Positions 1-11,318 of a stretch of DNA of 64,000 bases are shown here, piece by piece (positions within the stretch are counted from its first letter, which is position 1; the number at the start of each line of letters is the position of its first letter). The position numbers and the translations under genes are program-made. The notes under the pieces are model-generated. The model had not been told where the DNA came from. It saw only the letters and a program-made list of their open reading frames with translations, and ran no database searches. This stretch comes from an uncultured Spirochaetota bacterium (GTDB lineage Bacteria > Spirochaetota > Spirochaetia > SZUA-6 > Fen-1364): positions 96,001 through 160,000 of the forward strand of contig CAWAHW010000007.1 in the NCBI GenBank assembly GCA_963781885.1, written 5' to 3'.

Positions 1-8
1 AGGCGAAG

Positions 9-1175
9 ATGGGTCGGCGGCGATTCTTCCTTGCCATAAGCGCCATACCCTTCGCCGTTTTCGCCTTCCTCGTCTTTCTTCCGCTGCGGCACTTCACGGC
101 CAATCCGAGCCTGACCGCGAGCTGGATCAATGTCGCCTGGCTCTCCGTCACGATACTCGTTTTCTACTTCTTCTTCGTGATGTATTTCGCCCCCTACAAC
201 GCCCTCATCAGCGAGTTCGGCCACAATCCCAAGGAAAGGCTGATGATCAGCACGGTCATCGGCGTGACCTGGTCGCTGGGTTTCGCGGTGGGCAATTTCG
301 TCTACGACTTCCAGGGCAGCCTGGAACGGTCGGGCATGGGTCCCGTCAAGGCATTCCAGACCGTGGAGGCGATCTTCGCCATCGCCGCGGCGGTGCTCAT
401 GCTCCTGCCGGTGCTCGTCATCAACGAGCGGCGTTACGCCGCCTATTCCGTCTCCAATGAGACCACGCTCCAGGCGCTGCGCTCCTCGCTGCGCAACAAG
501 AACTTCGTGCGGTTCCTCATCTCGGAATTCCTCTATAATGTCTGCCAGACCATCATCCAGATGGGTATCGTCTACTACGTCGTGACGCTCCTGCGCCTGG
601 AGAAAGAGCTCACCTCCTTCCTTATGATTGTGATGTTCGTCCTGTCGTTCGTCTTCTACTTCCCCATCACGGCGATCACGGTAAAAGTGGAAAAGAAGAG
701 GGTCCTGCTCGTCGGGTTCGGCCTCCTTGCGCTCTTGTTCGCCCTGTTCTCCCTCATGGGCCTTGTCCCCCTGCCGCCGCTCATCTTCGCCTACATCACC
801 GTGGCCGTGGCGGCCATCCCGATCGCGATATTCACCATTGTGCCCAATGCGGTTGTCGCCGACATCGCGGAGGCGGACGGCATCGAGACGGGCAACTTCA
901 AGGCCGGCATGTTCTTCGGCGTGCGCTCCTTTGAAAGCAATCTCGGCGTCTCCGTTGCCAACATCCTCTTCCCGTCGCTCCTCATCCTGGGAATGTCGGT
1001 GGATCACCCCATCGGCATACGCATGAGCGCCATCGTCTCCATCGTCATCTGCGCCGCGGGGCTGTTCGTCTTCTTCCTCTACGACGAGCACGCCGTGCTG
1101 CGCAGCCTTGCGAAGAAGGAGAAGCTGAGCACCGACGAGATGAAGGCGGTTGGCGACGCCCCGGACAAGACGTGA
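9..1175 (+). CDS. MFS/GPH-family sugar transporter (probably 5'-truncated by the window edge)
   Basis: Many TM helices; GPH-like motifs 'PYNALISEF..ERL' and 'ADIAEAD...G.FFG'; overlaps the start of the glycosidase gene. Confidence 0.85.
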   Translation: MGRRRFFLAISAIPFAVFAFLVFLPLRHFTANPSLTASWINVAWLSVTILVFYFFFVMYFAPYNALISEFGHNPKERLMISTVIGVTWSLGFAVGNFVYDFQGSLERSGMGPVKAFQTVEAIFAIAAAVLMLLPVLVINERRYAAYSVSNETTLQALRSSLRNKNFVRFLISEFLYNVCQTIIQMGIVYYVVTLLRLEKELTSFLMIVMFVLSFVFYFPITAITVKVEKKRVLLVGFGLLALLFALFSLMGLVPLPPLIFAYITVAVAAIPIAIFTIVPNAVVADIAEADGIETGNFKAGMFFGVRSFESNLGVSVANILFPSLLILGMSVDHPIGIRMSAIVSIVICAAGLFVFFLYDEHAVLRSLAKKEKLSTDEMKAVGDAPDKT

Positions 1176-4081
1176 GCGACCCGGCGCGACACGCTCGCGA
1201 AGGCCCGTCCGCGACGCTCTTCTGGATCGTCCCGCACACCCACTGGGACCGCGAGTGGTACCGCACTTTCCAGGACTTCCGCTGGATGCTGGTCGACGCG
1301 CTGGACAGGATCGTCGACACGCTCTGCGCGGACCCTTCCTTTTCGCACTTCATGCTCGACGGCCAGACCGTGCTCCTGGACGACTACCTGGCGCTGCGAC
1401 CCGAGCGGCGCGCCACCCTCCAGGCGCTCGTCAGGGCGGGAAGGCTTTCCGTCGGGCCCTGGTACGTGCAGCCTGACGACATCCTTGTCAGCGGTGAAGC
1501 CCTGATCCGCAACCTCACATGGGGACTCGCGACCGCGGGCCGGTTCGGCGCGCCGATGATGGTCGGATACCTGCCGGACAGCTTCGGCCACATCGGGAGC
1601 CTTCCGGCGATCCTGGCGGGTTTCGGCATCGACGCGGCCGGGCTGATGCGCGGCCCCGGCCCCGCACTGGACAAGGTGTTCTTCCGGTGGTCGGCAAAGG
1701 ATGGTTCCACGGTCCTCGTCGTGCACCTCATCGACGGCTACGGTAATGGCGCGGAGCTGCCGATGGATGCGGCATCCATCGGTGCCGTGATGGACGAGCT
1801 GCGCACGCGGCAGGAAGGCGCTCTCCTCCCCGGCGTGCCCCTCCTGGTCATGAACGGCATCGACCACCGCGCCATCGATGCGGAGCTGCCGCGCGTGCTC
1901 GCGGATGCGGGCCTCAGCGCCGTGACCACGATCGGCCCGTTCGCGACCTACATCGATGCCGCCCGGGTCGCGTTGACCGACGCAATCCCCCGATGGCAGG
2001 GCGAGCTGCGCTCCGTCTACCGCTGTCCGATCACCGTCGGGTGCACGTCGACCCGCCACTGGATCAAGCGCGAGGACCAGGCCGTCTCCACGCTCCTGGA
2101 GCGCCGCTCCGAGCCGCTCGCCGCGATGGCGTCCCTGCTGGGCGCGTCTTATCCCCAAGCGGCGCTCGACATGGCCTGGCAGTACCTGCTGCTGAACCAA
2201 CCGCACGACTCGATCTGCGGCTGCTCCATCGATGCCGTGCACGACGACATGAGGTACCGCTACGCCCAGGCGCGCGGCCTGGCCGCGCATATTGCCGACG
2301 ATGCCGCGCGTTTCATTGCCGGGCGGCTTTCAGCCCCGCCCTCTCCGGGCGCGGCGGTCGTGGCCGTGAACCCGGGACCGGCTCGTCGGGGCGGCGTGCT
2401 CGGCTTCACGGCCTCCGACGTGCCGGACCGTCCCGTGCTGCAGGCGGCAGACGGCGAGCTTTTCCCCGTGCAGGCAGTATCGGAATCCGGCGAACCCGCG
2501 CTCTTTTTCGACGAGAAGTTTCGTCCCGCCCAACTGCGGCTCGCCCTGGGGCTCGTCCGAAACGGCGAGATCATGTCGTATCGCATCCAGGACGCCCGCA
2601 CCTCGTGGGAGTCCGACACCGTGCTGCGCGTCGACCTGACGCTTGCCGAGAGCGGGACTCGCGAGCTTCGACTGGAACGGCTGGATCGCCGAGACGATGC
2701 CGCTCCTGAGCCGCAAGGGACTCTCCACGATCCATGCCGTCGGCATGAGGTTCGGGAAGAAGACCGTTCTCTTCTCCGCCCCCGTGCCCGGCTTCGGCGC
2801 TCGCGCGTTCACGCTCCGGTCCCTTCGTCCCGATGAGGACGCAGCGCGCGCGGCGTCTCTTCGCACCGGGAGGGGATTTCTCGAGAACGAATACTATCGC
2901 GTCAGCGTCGAATGGGACGGCAGTCTCCAGGTCTACGACAAGAGAGGCAACAGGCATTACCGCGGCCTGGGAAGGCTGGTCGACGGAGGGGACCGCGGCG
3001 ATGAGTACAGCTTCGACTCTCCGGCAAAGGACAGGATCGTCGACGGGCCGCGCGGCCGTCTGCCTCTCCTGCGGCCCGTGAAGACGCGGGTCACCGAGCA
3101 GGGGCCCGTGCGCGCGACGCTTCGCATCGAGGCAGACTATCGCGTGCCGATCGCGCTCGCCCGCGACCGCGGCAGCCGCGCCCGCAAGACCGCGCCGATG
3201 CACACCGTGCGCTTCGTGAGCATCGCGGCGGGCGCGTCGCGCATCGAATGCCGCACCGAGATCGACAATGCCGCCTGTGACCACCGCGTGCGCGCGCATT
3301 TCCCCCTGCCCGGCCGCTGCGCGGCGAGCGAGGCGGGCGGCACATTCGAGACGGTACGCCGCGACGCCCGTCCCGAGGTCCTGCCGCCTCGCCCCGCGCG
3401 CGGCGGCGTCGCATCGGACCTGAGCCAGGAGCTGCCCGCCGCCACACACCCCTTCAACGGTTTCGTCGCCGCGCCGTGGACGGAGGCAGAGTCCGGGGCG
3501 CAGGGCACGCTCGCCGTATTCTCCCGTGGCAGCCGCGAGTTCGAGATCGTGGAGGGCCGCGGCCGCACCGAGCTCGCTATCACGCTTTTCCGATCCGTGG
3601 GATGGCTGTCGCGCGCGGACCTCGTTTCCCGCACGGGTCATGCCGGCATCGACATCCCCACCCCGGCGGCCCAGGAGCAGGGGAGGCTGGTCTTCGAGTA
3701 TGCCGTGACGACGTGCACCGACGGTGTCGCGCATCTGCCCGAAGATTGGGAGGACTACCGATGCGCCCCCGATATCGTCACGCCGGCTCAACTCACGGGT
3801 GAAAGGGGAGGCGCGTTCGGTCTCCTCGACTTTGAAGGGGAGGGGGTGACGTTCAGCTCGCTCACGCGGACGGACAAGAGCTGCCTTTCCCTGCGCCTCT
3901 TCGAGCATCACGGCGCCGCCGGTATCGTGACGCTGCGCTTTGAGTCTCCCGCCCGTGCCGTGCGCAAGACGAGGCTGGACGGCACACGGCTGCAAGATGC
4001 CCGGCTTGCAGACGACGGCAGGTCCGCGCAGGTGGATGTCGCGCCTTCGAGATCGTCACCGTGGAGATCGAGCCCGCGTAG
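1172..4081 (+). CDS. GH38 alpha-mannosidase/mannosylglycerate hydrolase-like protein, with apparent frameshifts at ~2658 and ~4047
   Basis: N-terminal HTHWDREWY, LDGQ, YLPDSFGH and NQPHDSICGCS (ORF 1172..2836); C-terminal GH38C part in ORF 2643..4091 (DGGDRGDEY, HRVRAHFP); a typical end 'PFEIVTVEIEPA*' lies in another frame with its stop at 4081. Confidence 0.88.
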
Positions 4082-4130
4082 CGCGATGTAGCGTGACGCG
4101 GGCGCCTGCCACACGCGCGCCTGCCGCGCG

Positions 4131-4159
4131 TTGACACCCCGCGGTGGCCTCGGTACTCT
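4131..4159 (+). promoter_or_regulatory. sigma70-type promoter for the KirBac gene
   Basis: TTGACA-N17-TACTCT ending 15 nt before GTG 4175. Confidence 0.6.
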
Positions 4160-4174
4160 GGCCCGGGAAAGCCA

Positions 4175-5104
4175 GTGAAGCAGCAGCCGTTCGACCCTGG
4201 CATCACGCAGAGCTTCGACGGGAGGATCCGGCGGATCGTCAACAGGGACGGTACGTTCAACGTCCACCGGCGCGGCGCACGGCTGCGGGATTTCCATCTC
4301 TACCAGTTCCTGCTGGGTCTTTCCTGGCCGGCGTTCCTGGGCATCGTCCTGCTCCTGTTCATCACGATAAACGCCGCGTTCACCTTCCTCTATTTCCTCG
4401 TCGGCATCCAGGGGCTGCAGGGCATCGACGCCGACCTGCGGGGGCAGCCATTCCTGCACGCTTTTTTCTTCAGCGTCCAGACGCTCACCACGGTCGGGTA
4501 CGGCACCATCTCCCCGCGGGGCATGGGCGCGAACGTCGTCGCAAGCCTCGAGGCGATGATGGGCGTGATGGGCTTCGCATTCGGCGCGGGGCTCCTGTAC
4601 GGGAGATTCTCGCGGCCCACGGCGCGCATCCTCTTCAGCTCCCACGTGCTGGTCGCACCCTACCAGGGAGGACAAAGCCTCCAGATGCGCATCGCGAACC
4701 TGCGCGCGAGCGCGCTGGTGGACCTCGAAGCCACCGTTGTGCTCATGATGGTGGAGGGGGACGGCCCCGAGGCACGGCGCACATATGCCCGGCTGGAGCT
4801 GGAAAGGCCGAAAATCTTCTTTCTGCCCCTCACGTGGACGATCGTGCATCCCCTCGATCCCACAAGCCCTCTCTTCGGAAAGACCCCGGAGGAGCTTGCG
4901 GCGCGGTCCGCGGAGATCATGGTGCTCATCCGGGGATTCGACGACACGTACAACCAGCTCGTGAATGCCCGCTCCTCGTACCGCTACGATGAGATACTGT
5001 GGGGCTACAAGTTCCGGCCCGCCTTCGTGAACGACGACCAGGGCCATCTCGTGCTGGACCTGGCGAAAATGGACGACGTCATCAAGGTTCCGGAGGTGCA
5101 GTGA
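4175..5104 (+). CDS. Inward-rectifier potassium channel (KirBac family)
   Basis: FFFSVQTLTTVGYG selectivity filter, two TM helices, RFSRP and WTIVHPLDPTSPL cytoplasmic Kir motifs. Confidence 0.93.
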   Translation: MKQQPFDPGITQSFDGRIRRIVNRDGTFNVHRRGARLRDFHLYQFLLGLSWPAFLGIVLLLFITINAAFTFLYFLVGIQGLQGIDADLRGQPFLHAFFFSVQTLTTVGYGTISPRGMGANVVASLEAMMGVMGFAFGAGLLYGRFSRPTARILFSSHVLVAPYQGGQSLQMRIANLRASALVDLEATVVLMMVEGDGPEARRTYARLELERPKIFFLPLTWTIVHPLDPTSPLFGKTPEELAARSAEIMVLIRGFDDTYNQLVNARSSYRYDEILWGYKFRPAFVNDDQGHLVLDLAKMDDVIKVPEVQ

Positions 5105-5900
5105 TGGGGGGAATCGAACGTGCCAGGGCCGCCGCCCTCATTCTCGGCCTGCTGGCGCTCGCAGCGGCGCCCGCGGCGCAGGCACAGACAGCCTCCCCGG
5201 TGCTGGTTCCTGACGGGCTTGCGCTTGCCGGCGACCTTTTCCTTGCGGGATTCAGCCAGGCTCTTCCCACGGCCGTGCATCCGGACGTCGTGAATCCGAT
5301 GGATGTCAACGGATTCGACCGGTTGCTCTTTTTCCTTATTCGAAGGGATTCGACGTGGCCAGTGACGTCACCGAATACACGACACTCGCCATTCCGTTCG
5401 TGTTCGCTTTTCTCCTGAGCCTCGACCAGGCATCGACGGTCGGCTTCATCTACGCGGAGGCGCTGTCACTTGCACTCTTTGCAAAAAACGCCGGCAAGTT
5501 CCTCGTTCCGCGGGCGAGGCCGTGGGTCTATTTCGCCGCCGACACGGGCCGGATGCCCACGGCGGCGGATGAGCTCGGCGGCGACGATTCATTCCCGTCG
5601 GGTCATGCCTCGATGTCGTTCGCGGCGGCGGCGTTCAGCGTGTCGGTCTTTTCCCTCTATTTCCCGGGCTCTCCGTGGACCGTTCCGTTTGCGCTCCTGA
5701 ACTACGGCCTGGCCGGCGTCACATCGGCGCTCCGGGTTTTCGCGGGCATGCATTTCATGACCGACGTCATCGCGGGGGCAATACTGGGAACCGTCATCGG
5801 CAACGCAATTGTCCTCACGCGGCAGACGACGACCGGGGCAACGGGCAAGTCGCTGGAGCCGTTCCGCCTGGAGGTCCCCGTTCTCAGCTTCGCGCTCTGA
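5104..5900 (+). CDS. PAP2-superfamily phosphatase, frameshift at ~5335
   Basis: K..V.R.RP, SFPSGH and R..AGMHF.TDV motifs in ORF 5355..5900; the signal-peptide-like N-terminus starts at ATG 5104 in another frame. Confidence 0.82.
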
Positions 5901-5912
5901 TTTCCTGCCCGC

Positions 5913-6940
5913 CTATGGCACGATCACCGTGCGGATGCCGGGGTCGTTCCGTTCCAGGCCGTCGATGGCCGCGTTGATCGCGGCGGCGTCCAGCGGGATG
6001 GTGCGGGTGACGACCCGCGTCGTGTCCAGGATGCCGCGCCGGGCAAGCTCGATCACCGTGGGAAGCTCCGCGAGCAGGTGATCGTTGGAGCCGACAAGCT
6101 CTGCCTCACCGCCCAGTATCTCGTGGTAGGTGTCGAGGACCAGCGGCTCGTTGCCGATGCCCACGATCACGGCCCGGCCCAACGGTGAGAGGCAGCGGAC
6201 CGCCTGCTGCATCGTCCTTGCGCGGCCGAGCATCTCCACCGCCACGTCCACGCCGCGACCGCCCGTGCGCTGCCGGATTTCCTCCACCGGGTCACGTGAG
6301 CCGGCATCGATCGGTATCGCGCCGTAGCCGGCCGCGAGATGCAGGCTTTCCTGCCTGATGTCCACGGCAAACACGTCCAGGGCTCCGAAGTACCGCGCGA
6401 GCTGCACGGCGGACATGCCGAGGCCGCCCACGCCGATGATCGCCGCCGTTTCGCCCGCGGCAAGACGGGACTTGCAGAGCGCGTGGTAGGCGGTTGCGGA
6501 CGCGCACATGAGAGTTGCACCCTGCTCGAAGGGAATATTCTCCGGCAGGCGCAAGGCGTTGCGCGCGGGAACGGCGATCAGCTCCGCAAATCCGCCGTCG
6601 GCATGGTGCCCGATCATGAGACCCGTAGGACAGAACTGCTCGTTGCCTGACGCGCACGACGGGCAGGAACCGCAGGTGATGTTGTAATGCAGGCAGACCC
6701 GGTCCCCGGCGTCAGCCCCCTGACGGCGTCGCCCACCTGTTCGACGATGCCGGCCACCTCGTGGCCCAGCGTCAAGGGCAGGGGCCTCACCGGCGAGGTG
6801 CCCGCGCGATAGTGGGCGTCCGAATGGCAGATCCCTGCCGCCCGTACGCGCACCAGGACGTCACCCGGCGCGACGCGCGGGCTCGGCACTTCCCTCATCT
6901 CAAGCGGCGCGCCAACGCGCACCAGGCGTATCGCTTTCAT
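5913..6940 (-). CDS. Zinc-dependent alcohol dehydrogenase (MDR family), frameshift at ~6703
   Basis: GICHSD, GHEVAG, structural-Zn cysteines across the shift, and GVGGLG Rossmann motif. Confidence 0.9.
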
Positions 6941-6947
6941 GCCCCGC

Positions 6948-7607
6948 CTAAAGCCTTCGCACCCTGCCGGAGCCGCTGATATGCGTGTCCACGCGCGGCT
7001 CCCCGGCATAGGAGACGCGTCCCGAGCCGCTTATGCCGACGTCGAGGCTCTCCGTCGCGTGCACGGAGATGTCCCCGCTCCCGCTGATGCGCGTCGCGGC
7101 GCGCCTGCATTCCAGGCCTTCCGCCCGGATCCGGCCCGATCCCGAGATGCGCGCCTCGAATGCCTGCGCGGCGCCCGAACAGGTGATGTTTCCCGATCCC
7201 GAGATGCGCGTCTCCACCGTGCCCTCATCCAGCCCGCCCACGACGATCCTGCCCGAGCCGCTGATGCGCATGCGGCACGCGCTTCCCCGCAGCCCGTTGC
7301 AGGAAATGGCACCCGAGCCCTGCAGCGCCATTTCCTCGAGGTTGCGCACCTTGAGGTGGTAGCGGACGCGGTGGTCTGCAAGGAATATCCAGCTGAACCA
7401 CCACGTGATCCATTCGTACCACGGCATGCCCAGGCCGAGCACGAGCCTGCGGCCGATCACCTCCGATGAGATGCGCGGCATGAGGCTTTCATCCGCCTCG
7501 ATTGTCACTTCCTCCGTTGCCTCCGGTGCCTGCTCGATGATGAGCTCCCCGTGACCCCTCAAGGCGACCTCGGAAAACGTCCCCAGTCGGCGCGTTTCTG
7601 TCGTCAT
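6948..7607 (-). CDS. DUF2807/GIN-domain (adhesin-head-like) beta-repeat protein
   Basis: Repeated ISGSG.I motifs and the C-terminal 'Y.GEP.V...ISGSG.V'. Confidence 0.85.
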   Translation of the reverse strand: MTTETRRLGTFSEVALRGHGELIIEQAPEATEEVTIEADESLMPRISSEVIGRRLVLGLGMPWYEWITWWFSWIFLADHRVRYHLKVRNLEEMALQGSGAISCNGLRGSACRMRISGSGRIVVGGLDEGTVETRISGSGNITCSGAAQAFEARISGSGRIRAEGLECRRAATRISGSGDISVHATESLDVGISGSGRVSYAGEPRVDTHISGSGRVRRL

Positions 7608-7706
7608 TTCACTTCCTCCCTTGCACCAATTAAATCCCGCACAGGCCCGGTCGTGTCACTTCGGGATTTCCGCGCGAAGCGTGTGCAGGTGTTCGGCGCG
7701 AGCGCC

Positions 7707-9101
7707 CTATTCCGCCAGGGAGCCCATGGGATCCCACGCGGGCAGGACGATGGGCGGCTGGTCAAGCGCGGCGCGCAGCTTCGCGGGGAGGGCGCTCTTG
7801 CGCACCGCGATCTCGAACATATGCTGGTCGAACCAGGAATCGTTCATGACGTAGAAGCCCTTGCCCTCTCCCTTGTCACCCCAGCTGTTTTCCACGCGCC
7901 ACTTCTTCGGCTTCCCGCCCTCTTCATCCACGCCGGTGAAAAGCATCGCATGATTCATGCTCGTTCGCTTGTACAGGAGCCGGTCTTCCTTTGACGCAAG
8001 CTCCAGCGGCGCCCCGTAGAGCGTCTCGAAGTCGAACATCCGGGCGTCCCATACCGAGAGGTCCCGGTGCAGCATCTTGCTGCAGTCGCACCCGAACCAG
8101 ACCGCTTCGCCGCCCTTGAGGGCCTTCATGGCGAGGTCCTTCATGGTGGCGATGTCGACGTTCAGGTACGTGACGATCCCGCCCTCGACGACGTTTCCCA
8201 GGTATTCGACGGTGTATGTCCGGCCCTGCGGGCTCGTTGTGCGCGGATCGTGCACGAGTGCGACATAGTTGCGCAGCGGAAGGGTCACGTACTTCTTCGT
8301 GAATGATAGCGGCGTGAGCCCCTTTTCCCGGTGGAACTTCTTCTTGTCGTCCGTCCATTGCCAGTCGAACCGCGTCGGCGGGTTGCCCATGTGGAGCCGG
8401 AGGATGGTGTGGACGTCGCCCATGATCTTCTGCTTCGCCGCGCGCAGCTCCTCCACCGGCCTGCCCGCCGCGTGGAGGGTGCGCAGGTCGTAGGCGCCGA
8501 CGCGCAGTCGTCCGACGAGCGCGTGGTTCATGCTCCCCGTCGCGGAGGAGCTCAGGGTCTCTGGCATCGCGGTCTTCGGCACAAGCCCGTATTTCAGCGC
8601 GATGTTGACGAACATGTTCCACTGGCCGCCGTCGGCGACGCAGTTCTCCATGATGGTGACCACGGTGCGGTCGTCGATGTCTTTCTCCGCGGTGGCAATG
8701 ATCGCCTCCAGGAAATAGTTGGCCTTCTCCAGCTTGTCCCAGAACATGAGCCAGCTCTGGCTGAACTCGAAGGTCTTCAGCTTCAGCTTCTTCATGACGC
8801 CGACGCGCAGGAGATTGGTCGCGGCGAAAAGCCAGCAGCGTCCCGAGCTCTTCTGGTCCGTCGGCCCCCAGTCGTCCAGGCGCGTGGAGAAGTTGCGGTC
8901 GACCGTCAGGGCGACGCGCTGGTTGAGACCGAGCTTGGCCGCGTCCGACTCGGCCATTGCGTTCTGTCGGATCGTGTTGAGGGGGTCGGCGTCGAAGCTT
9001 TTGCCGCGCTCGTCGATGAAAGCGCGCGTGACGGAGATTTTTTCATCCGCCGGCGTCGACAGTGCCGGCGCGCGTCGTGGGGAACGTGTTGTCTGTGCCA
9101 T
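7707..9101 (-). CDS. pepC: Aminopeptidase C / bleomycin hydrolase (C1B)
   Basis: QKSSGRCWLFA catalytic Cys, NHAM His, VENSWG Asn, C-terminal PAWDPMGSLA; start ATG 9101 with a GGAGG SD. Confidence 0.95.
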   Translation of the reverse strand: MAQTTRSPRRAPALSTPADEKISVTRAFIDERGKSFDADPLNTIRQNAMAESDAAKLGLNQRVALTVDRNFSTRLDDWGPTDQKSSGRCWLFAATNLLRVGVMKKLKLKTFEFSQSWLMFWDKLEKANYFLEAIIATAEKDIDDRTVVTIMENCVADGGQWNMFVNIALKYGLVPKTAMPETLSSSATGSMNHALVGRLRVGAYDLRTLHAAGRPVEELRAAKQKIMGDVHTILRLHMGNPPTRFDWQWTDDKKKFHREKGLTPLSFTKKYVTLPLRNYVALVHDPRTTSPQGRTYTVEYLGNVVEGGIVTYLNVDIATMKDLAMKALKGGEAVWFGCDCSKMLHRDLSVWDARMFDFETLYGAPLELASKEDRLLYKRTSMNHAMLFTGVDEEGGKPKKWRVENSWGDKGEGKGFYVMNDSWFDQHMFEIAVRKSALPAKLRAALDQPPIVLPAWDPMGSLAE

Positions 9102-9122
9102 GTGTGGAGTGCCTCCGTCGCG

Positions 9123-9196
9123 GCCACGGTATGCCGTGGCATTCTGGGCGGCCACGGTATGCCGTGGCATTCTGGGCGGCCACGGTATGCCGTGGC
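9123..9196. repeat. REP-like palindrome array, 3 copies with 28-bp period
   Basis: GCCACGG-TATG-CCGTGGC at 9123, 9151 and 9179, with linker ATTCTGGGCG. Confidence 0.95.
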
Positions 9197-9259
9197 CGTG
9201 GTGGCGGCAATTGTAGGTGCCGCTGGCCCGACGGTCAAGGCAAGAGAGAGGGGGGGCGG

Positions 9260-11248
9260 TCAGCGCGCGGGTTTGAAGACGTCGCGCAGCTTCTTTTCCA
9301 GCATCGCAAGCTGGTACGGCTTCTGGAGGAAACCCGCCAGTCCCTTGCCGACGAAGCGCTGCACCGCCTCCTGCTCGTTGTAGCCGCTGGAGAGGAGCAC
9401 GGGGACATGTGCATCGATGCGCCGGATTTCGCGGAAGGCTTCTTCACCGTCCATCTCGGGCATCGTGAGATCCATGAGGACGCACGTCACCTCGCCCCTG
9501 TGCGCCGTGAAAAGATCGATCGCATGCCGGCCATTGGTGGCCAGGAGCACGGTGAAGCCGAGGCGCTCGAGCATCTGCCTGCCGACGTTGCGCACGCTCT
9601 CCTCGTCATCGGCGAGCAGGATCAGGCCGCTTCCCTGCCATTTGCCGCCGCGCAGCGGCGTCTCCGCGGGAGTCACGGGCCCGCTGCCGGCCGGGAAGAG
9701 CACCTTGAAGGTGCTCCCCTTGCCTTCCTCGCTGTAGACCTTGATGCCGCCCTTGTGTCCCCGCACGATGCCGAGCACCGCCGCCAGGCCCAAACCGCGC
9801 CCGGCAAACTTCGTCGTGAAGAAAGGCTCGAATATGCGTTTCTGCGTCTCGGCGTCCATTCCCTTTCCCGTGTCGGCGACCTCCAGGTAGACGTAACGCC
9901 CTTCGGCAAGGCCCTCTTCGAGGCTGAGGCCGCGCAGGTAGGCGCGGTCGCAGGTGACGGTCCCCGTGGAAAGGGAGATGACACCCGTGGATTCCTGCAG
10001 CGCCTCGGAGGCGTTGATGACGAGGTTCATGATGATCTGCCGGAGCTGCGTCGCGTCGGCCTCCACCGGGGGCATGCCGGGGCTGAAGCTGAAGCGGAGC
10101 GCGGCCTTCTTGGACACGGAGACCTGCAGCATCTCTTCCATTTCACGGACCACGTCGTTGATGTCCAGCGACGCGATCACGAATCGCCCCTTGCCCGAAT
10201 AGGCGAGCATCTGCCGGCAGAGGTCCGCGGCGCGGCGGGCCGCTTTTTCTATCTCCGTGATGTTCTCACGCGCCGGCGACGACGGCGGAAGGACGCCCTG
10301 CGCCAGGTCGGCGTGGCCCAGCACCGCCATGAGGATGTTGTTGAAATCGTGCGCGATGCCGCCGGCCAGGACGCCGAGGCTCTCCAGCTTCTGGGTCTGC
10401 AGCATACGCGCTTCCAGGGCCTCGCGCTCCGCCTCCGCCCGTCGGCGTTCGGTGATGTCCAGGACGGTGAAGGTCACGCCGGCGGCGCGATTGTCCGGCG
10501 AGAGCGGCGCCGTCCCCATGAAGATGTCGATGAACGAGCCGTCCTTCCGGAGCCACCGCGTTTCCGTGAAGCCGACCCCCTGCGCGTCCTCCGACTCACC
10601 CAACACCCGCCCGACCCGCTCGTACTCCTCCTCCGTGGCATAGAGCAGGCGCGTCGGCATGTCCCGCAGCTCTTCCCGCGCGTAACCGGTCATCGCGCTG
10701 AGGCGCTCGTTTGACTCCTTGATGACGCGGAAAACCGACATGCCGATGCCGACCGGCGCCGCGCGAAAAATTCCCGCCAGGAGGTGCTGCCTCTCCTCCA
10801 GCTCCTCGGTCTTTTTCTGCAGCGCTTCACGCGCCTGCAATCGTTCCGTGACGTCGCGGAAGAGGACGGTCGCCTGGCGCGGGGCGGACTGGAACGCGTG
10901 TATCTCCAGGCCACGCGAAATCCGACCGTCCTCGAAGAAGACCTGCTCGTCGTACACGCCGCCCTCCCGGGCGACGCGCGTGTAGGCCTGCGGAAGAGCG
11001 GTCACGGCGAGCATCGGGAAGGCCAGTTCGATGGTCTTCCCCCGCAGGGCGGCGTGGTCGATGGAGAATATGCGCGCCGCGGTTTCGTTCCCATCGACGA
11101 AGATCAGCTCCCCCTGCGGGGAAAGCTCGAAACGATGCACGCCGAAGTGCGCGCTGTGAATGAGGTCCTGCAGAGCCGCGCGTGTCAGCTCCAGCTCGCG
11201 CGCCATGCCCGTCGTCGATGTGTCGTTCTGCGGGGGATCCGTGCTCAT
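9260..11248 (-). CDS. Hybrid sensor histidine kinase (PAS-PAS-HisKA-HATPase-REC)
   Basis: GGIAHDFNN H-box, NLVINA, FFTTK..GRGLGL, C-terminal receiver (DDE...MDLTMP...KP). Confidence 0.93.
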   Translation of the reverse strand: MSTDPPQNDTSTTGMARELELTRAALQDLIHSAHFGVHRFELSPQGELIFVDGNETAARIFSIDHAALRGKTIELAFPMLAVTALPQAYTRVAREGGVYDEQVFFEDGRISRGLEIHAFQSAPRQATVLFRDVTERLQAREALQKKTEELEERQHLLAGIFRAAPVGIGMSVFRVIKESNERLSAMTGYAREELRDMPTRLLYATEEEYERVGRVLGESEDAQGVGFTETRWLRKDGSFIDIFMGTAPLSPDNRAAGVTFTVLDITERRRAEAEREALEARMLQTQKLESLGVLAGGIAHDFNNILMAVLGHADLAQGVLPPSSPARENITEIEKAARRAADLCRQMLAYSGKGRFVIASLDINDVVREMEEMLQVSVSKKAALRFSFSPGMPPVEADATQLRQIIMNLVINASEALQESTGVISLSTGTVTCDRAYLRGLSLEEGLAEGRYVYLEVADTGKGMDAETQKRIFEPFFTTKFAGRGLGLAAVLGIVRGHKGGIKVYSEEGKGSTFKVLFPAGSGPVTPAETPLRGGKWQGSGLILLADDEESVRNVGRQMLERLGFTVLLATNGRHAIDLFTAHRGEVTCVLMDLTMPEMDGEEAFREIRRIDAHVPVLLSSGYNEQEAVQRFVGKGLAGFLQKPYQLAMLEKKLRDVFKPAR

Positions 11249-11318
11249 GGGTGCTCCGGGCAAGGGCAATATTCAAGAAAAGCTATCACAGCAAGATAGA
11301 GAATGCAAGCGCGTGCCG

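Noticed and set aside
4140-4165. Degenerate copy of the GCCACGG palindrome (also a half copy near 19789)
   Set aside because: Too diverged; the sequence is explained by the promoter or SD at these positions.
9102-9170. N-terminal extensions of PepC (from 9170), the MFS (from 36985) and the kinase (from 36979) in the ORF track
   Set aside because: The start codons are supplied by the palindromic repeat; better SD- or promoter-supported starts lie downstream.
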